Assembly (NCBI GenBank): GCA_035328405.1
Contig: DAOLIT010000028.1
Location: 577 to 64,576, forward strand
DNA: 64,000 nt
Direction: 5' to 3'
From: Pseudomonadota bacterium
GTDB taxonomy: Bacteria > Myxococcota_A > Polyangia > Palsa-1104 > JAEUJZ01
Shown here: positions 63,883 to 64,000 of the stretch, in pieces
Numbering within the stretch: the stretch's first letter is position 1
Layout of the letters: each line of letters starts with the position of its first letter
Translations under genes and position numbers: made by a program
Notes under the pieces: generated by a model
Databases searched by the model: none
Told to the model about the DNA's origin: nothing
Seen by the model: the letters and a program-made list of their open reading frames with translations, nothing else

Positions 63883-64000
63883 GTCACTTTCAATGTATGT
63901 AAAGTGGTGTAAGTATGCCAAACTCATATTCCACAGACTTGTGCCTGAATGTGGTTTATATGTTTAACACTCAAACAACGAAGTTCTGTGTAAAGAAGAT

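Larger units (their letters stand above)
32331..64000. repeat. Copy 2 of the 32,330-bp direct repeat, truncated by the window end
   Basis: Same as above. The periodicity is perfect wherever I compared lines (e.g. 18281-18310 vs 50611-50640, 27050-27095 vs 59380-59425). Confidence 0.97.

Overview
The window is not 64 kb of unique sequence. It is about 1.98 exact head-to-tail copies of one 32,330-bp unit (position N equals N+32,330): copy 1 is 1..32330, and copy 2 is 32331..64000, cut by the window end. The unit is almost entirely one type VI secretion system (T6SS)-like locus.

Minus strand, tightly packed with several ATGA/GTGA start-stop overlaps: Hanks Ser/Thr kinase, TPR membrane protein, Hanks Ser/Thr kinase with PEGA domain, tssM, tssJ, then a 224-bp gap. 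After the gap: tssB, tssC, a 206-aa unknown in the Hcp slot, tssK, tssE, a giant 2,311-aa VgrG-like spike, tssF, tssL, a 151-aa unknown, a 635-aa acyl-CoA-synthetase-like (ANL) protein with a degenerate P-loop, a DUF4280 (PAAR-like) protein, a TssA-like protein and tssG.

Plus strand, divergent: an FHA-like/AAA+/Fis-HTH enhancer-binding-protein homologue, then an 834-aa lipoprotein with 12 NHL-type repeats.

Three sigma-54-type (-24/-12) promoter candidates and two arrays of 11-bp-phased TGYGCGCRCA palindromes sit in the two main regulatory regions.

I did not see ClpV/TssH, a recognisable Hcp, PppA, a stand-alone Fha or TagF. I also saw no rRNA, tRNA, CRISPR, transposase, integrase or replication genes.

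All functional calls come from reading motifs by eye. No database search or computation was possible, so family assignments other than TssB/C, the kinases and the AAA+ regulator are provisional.
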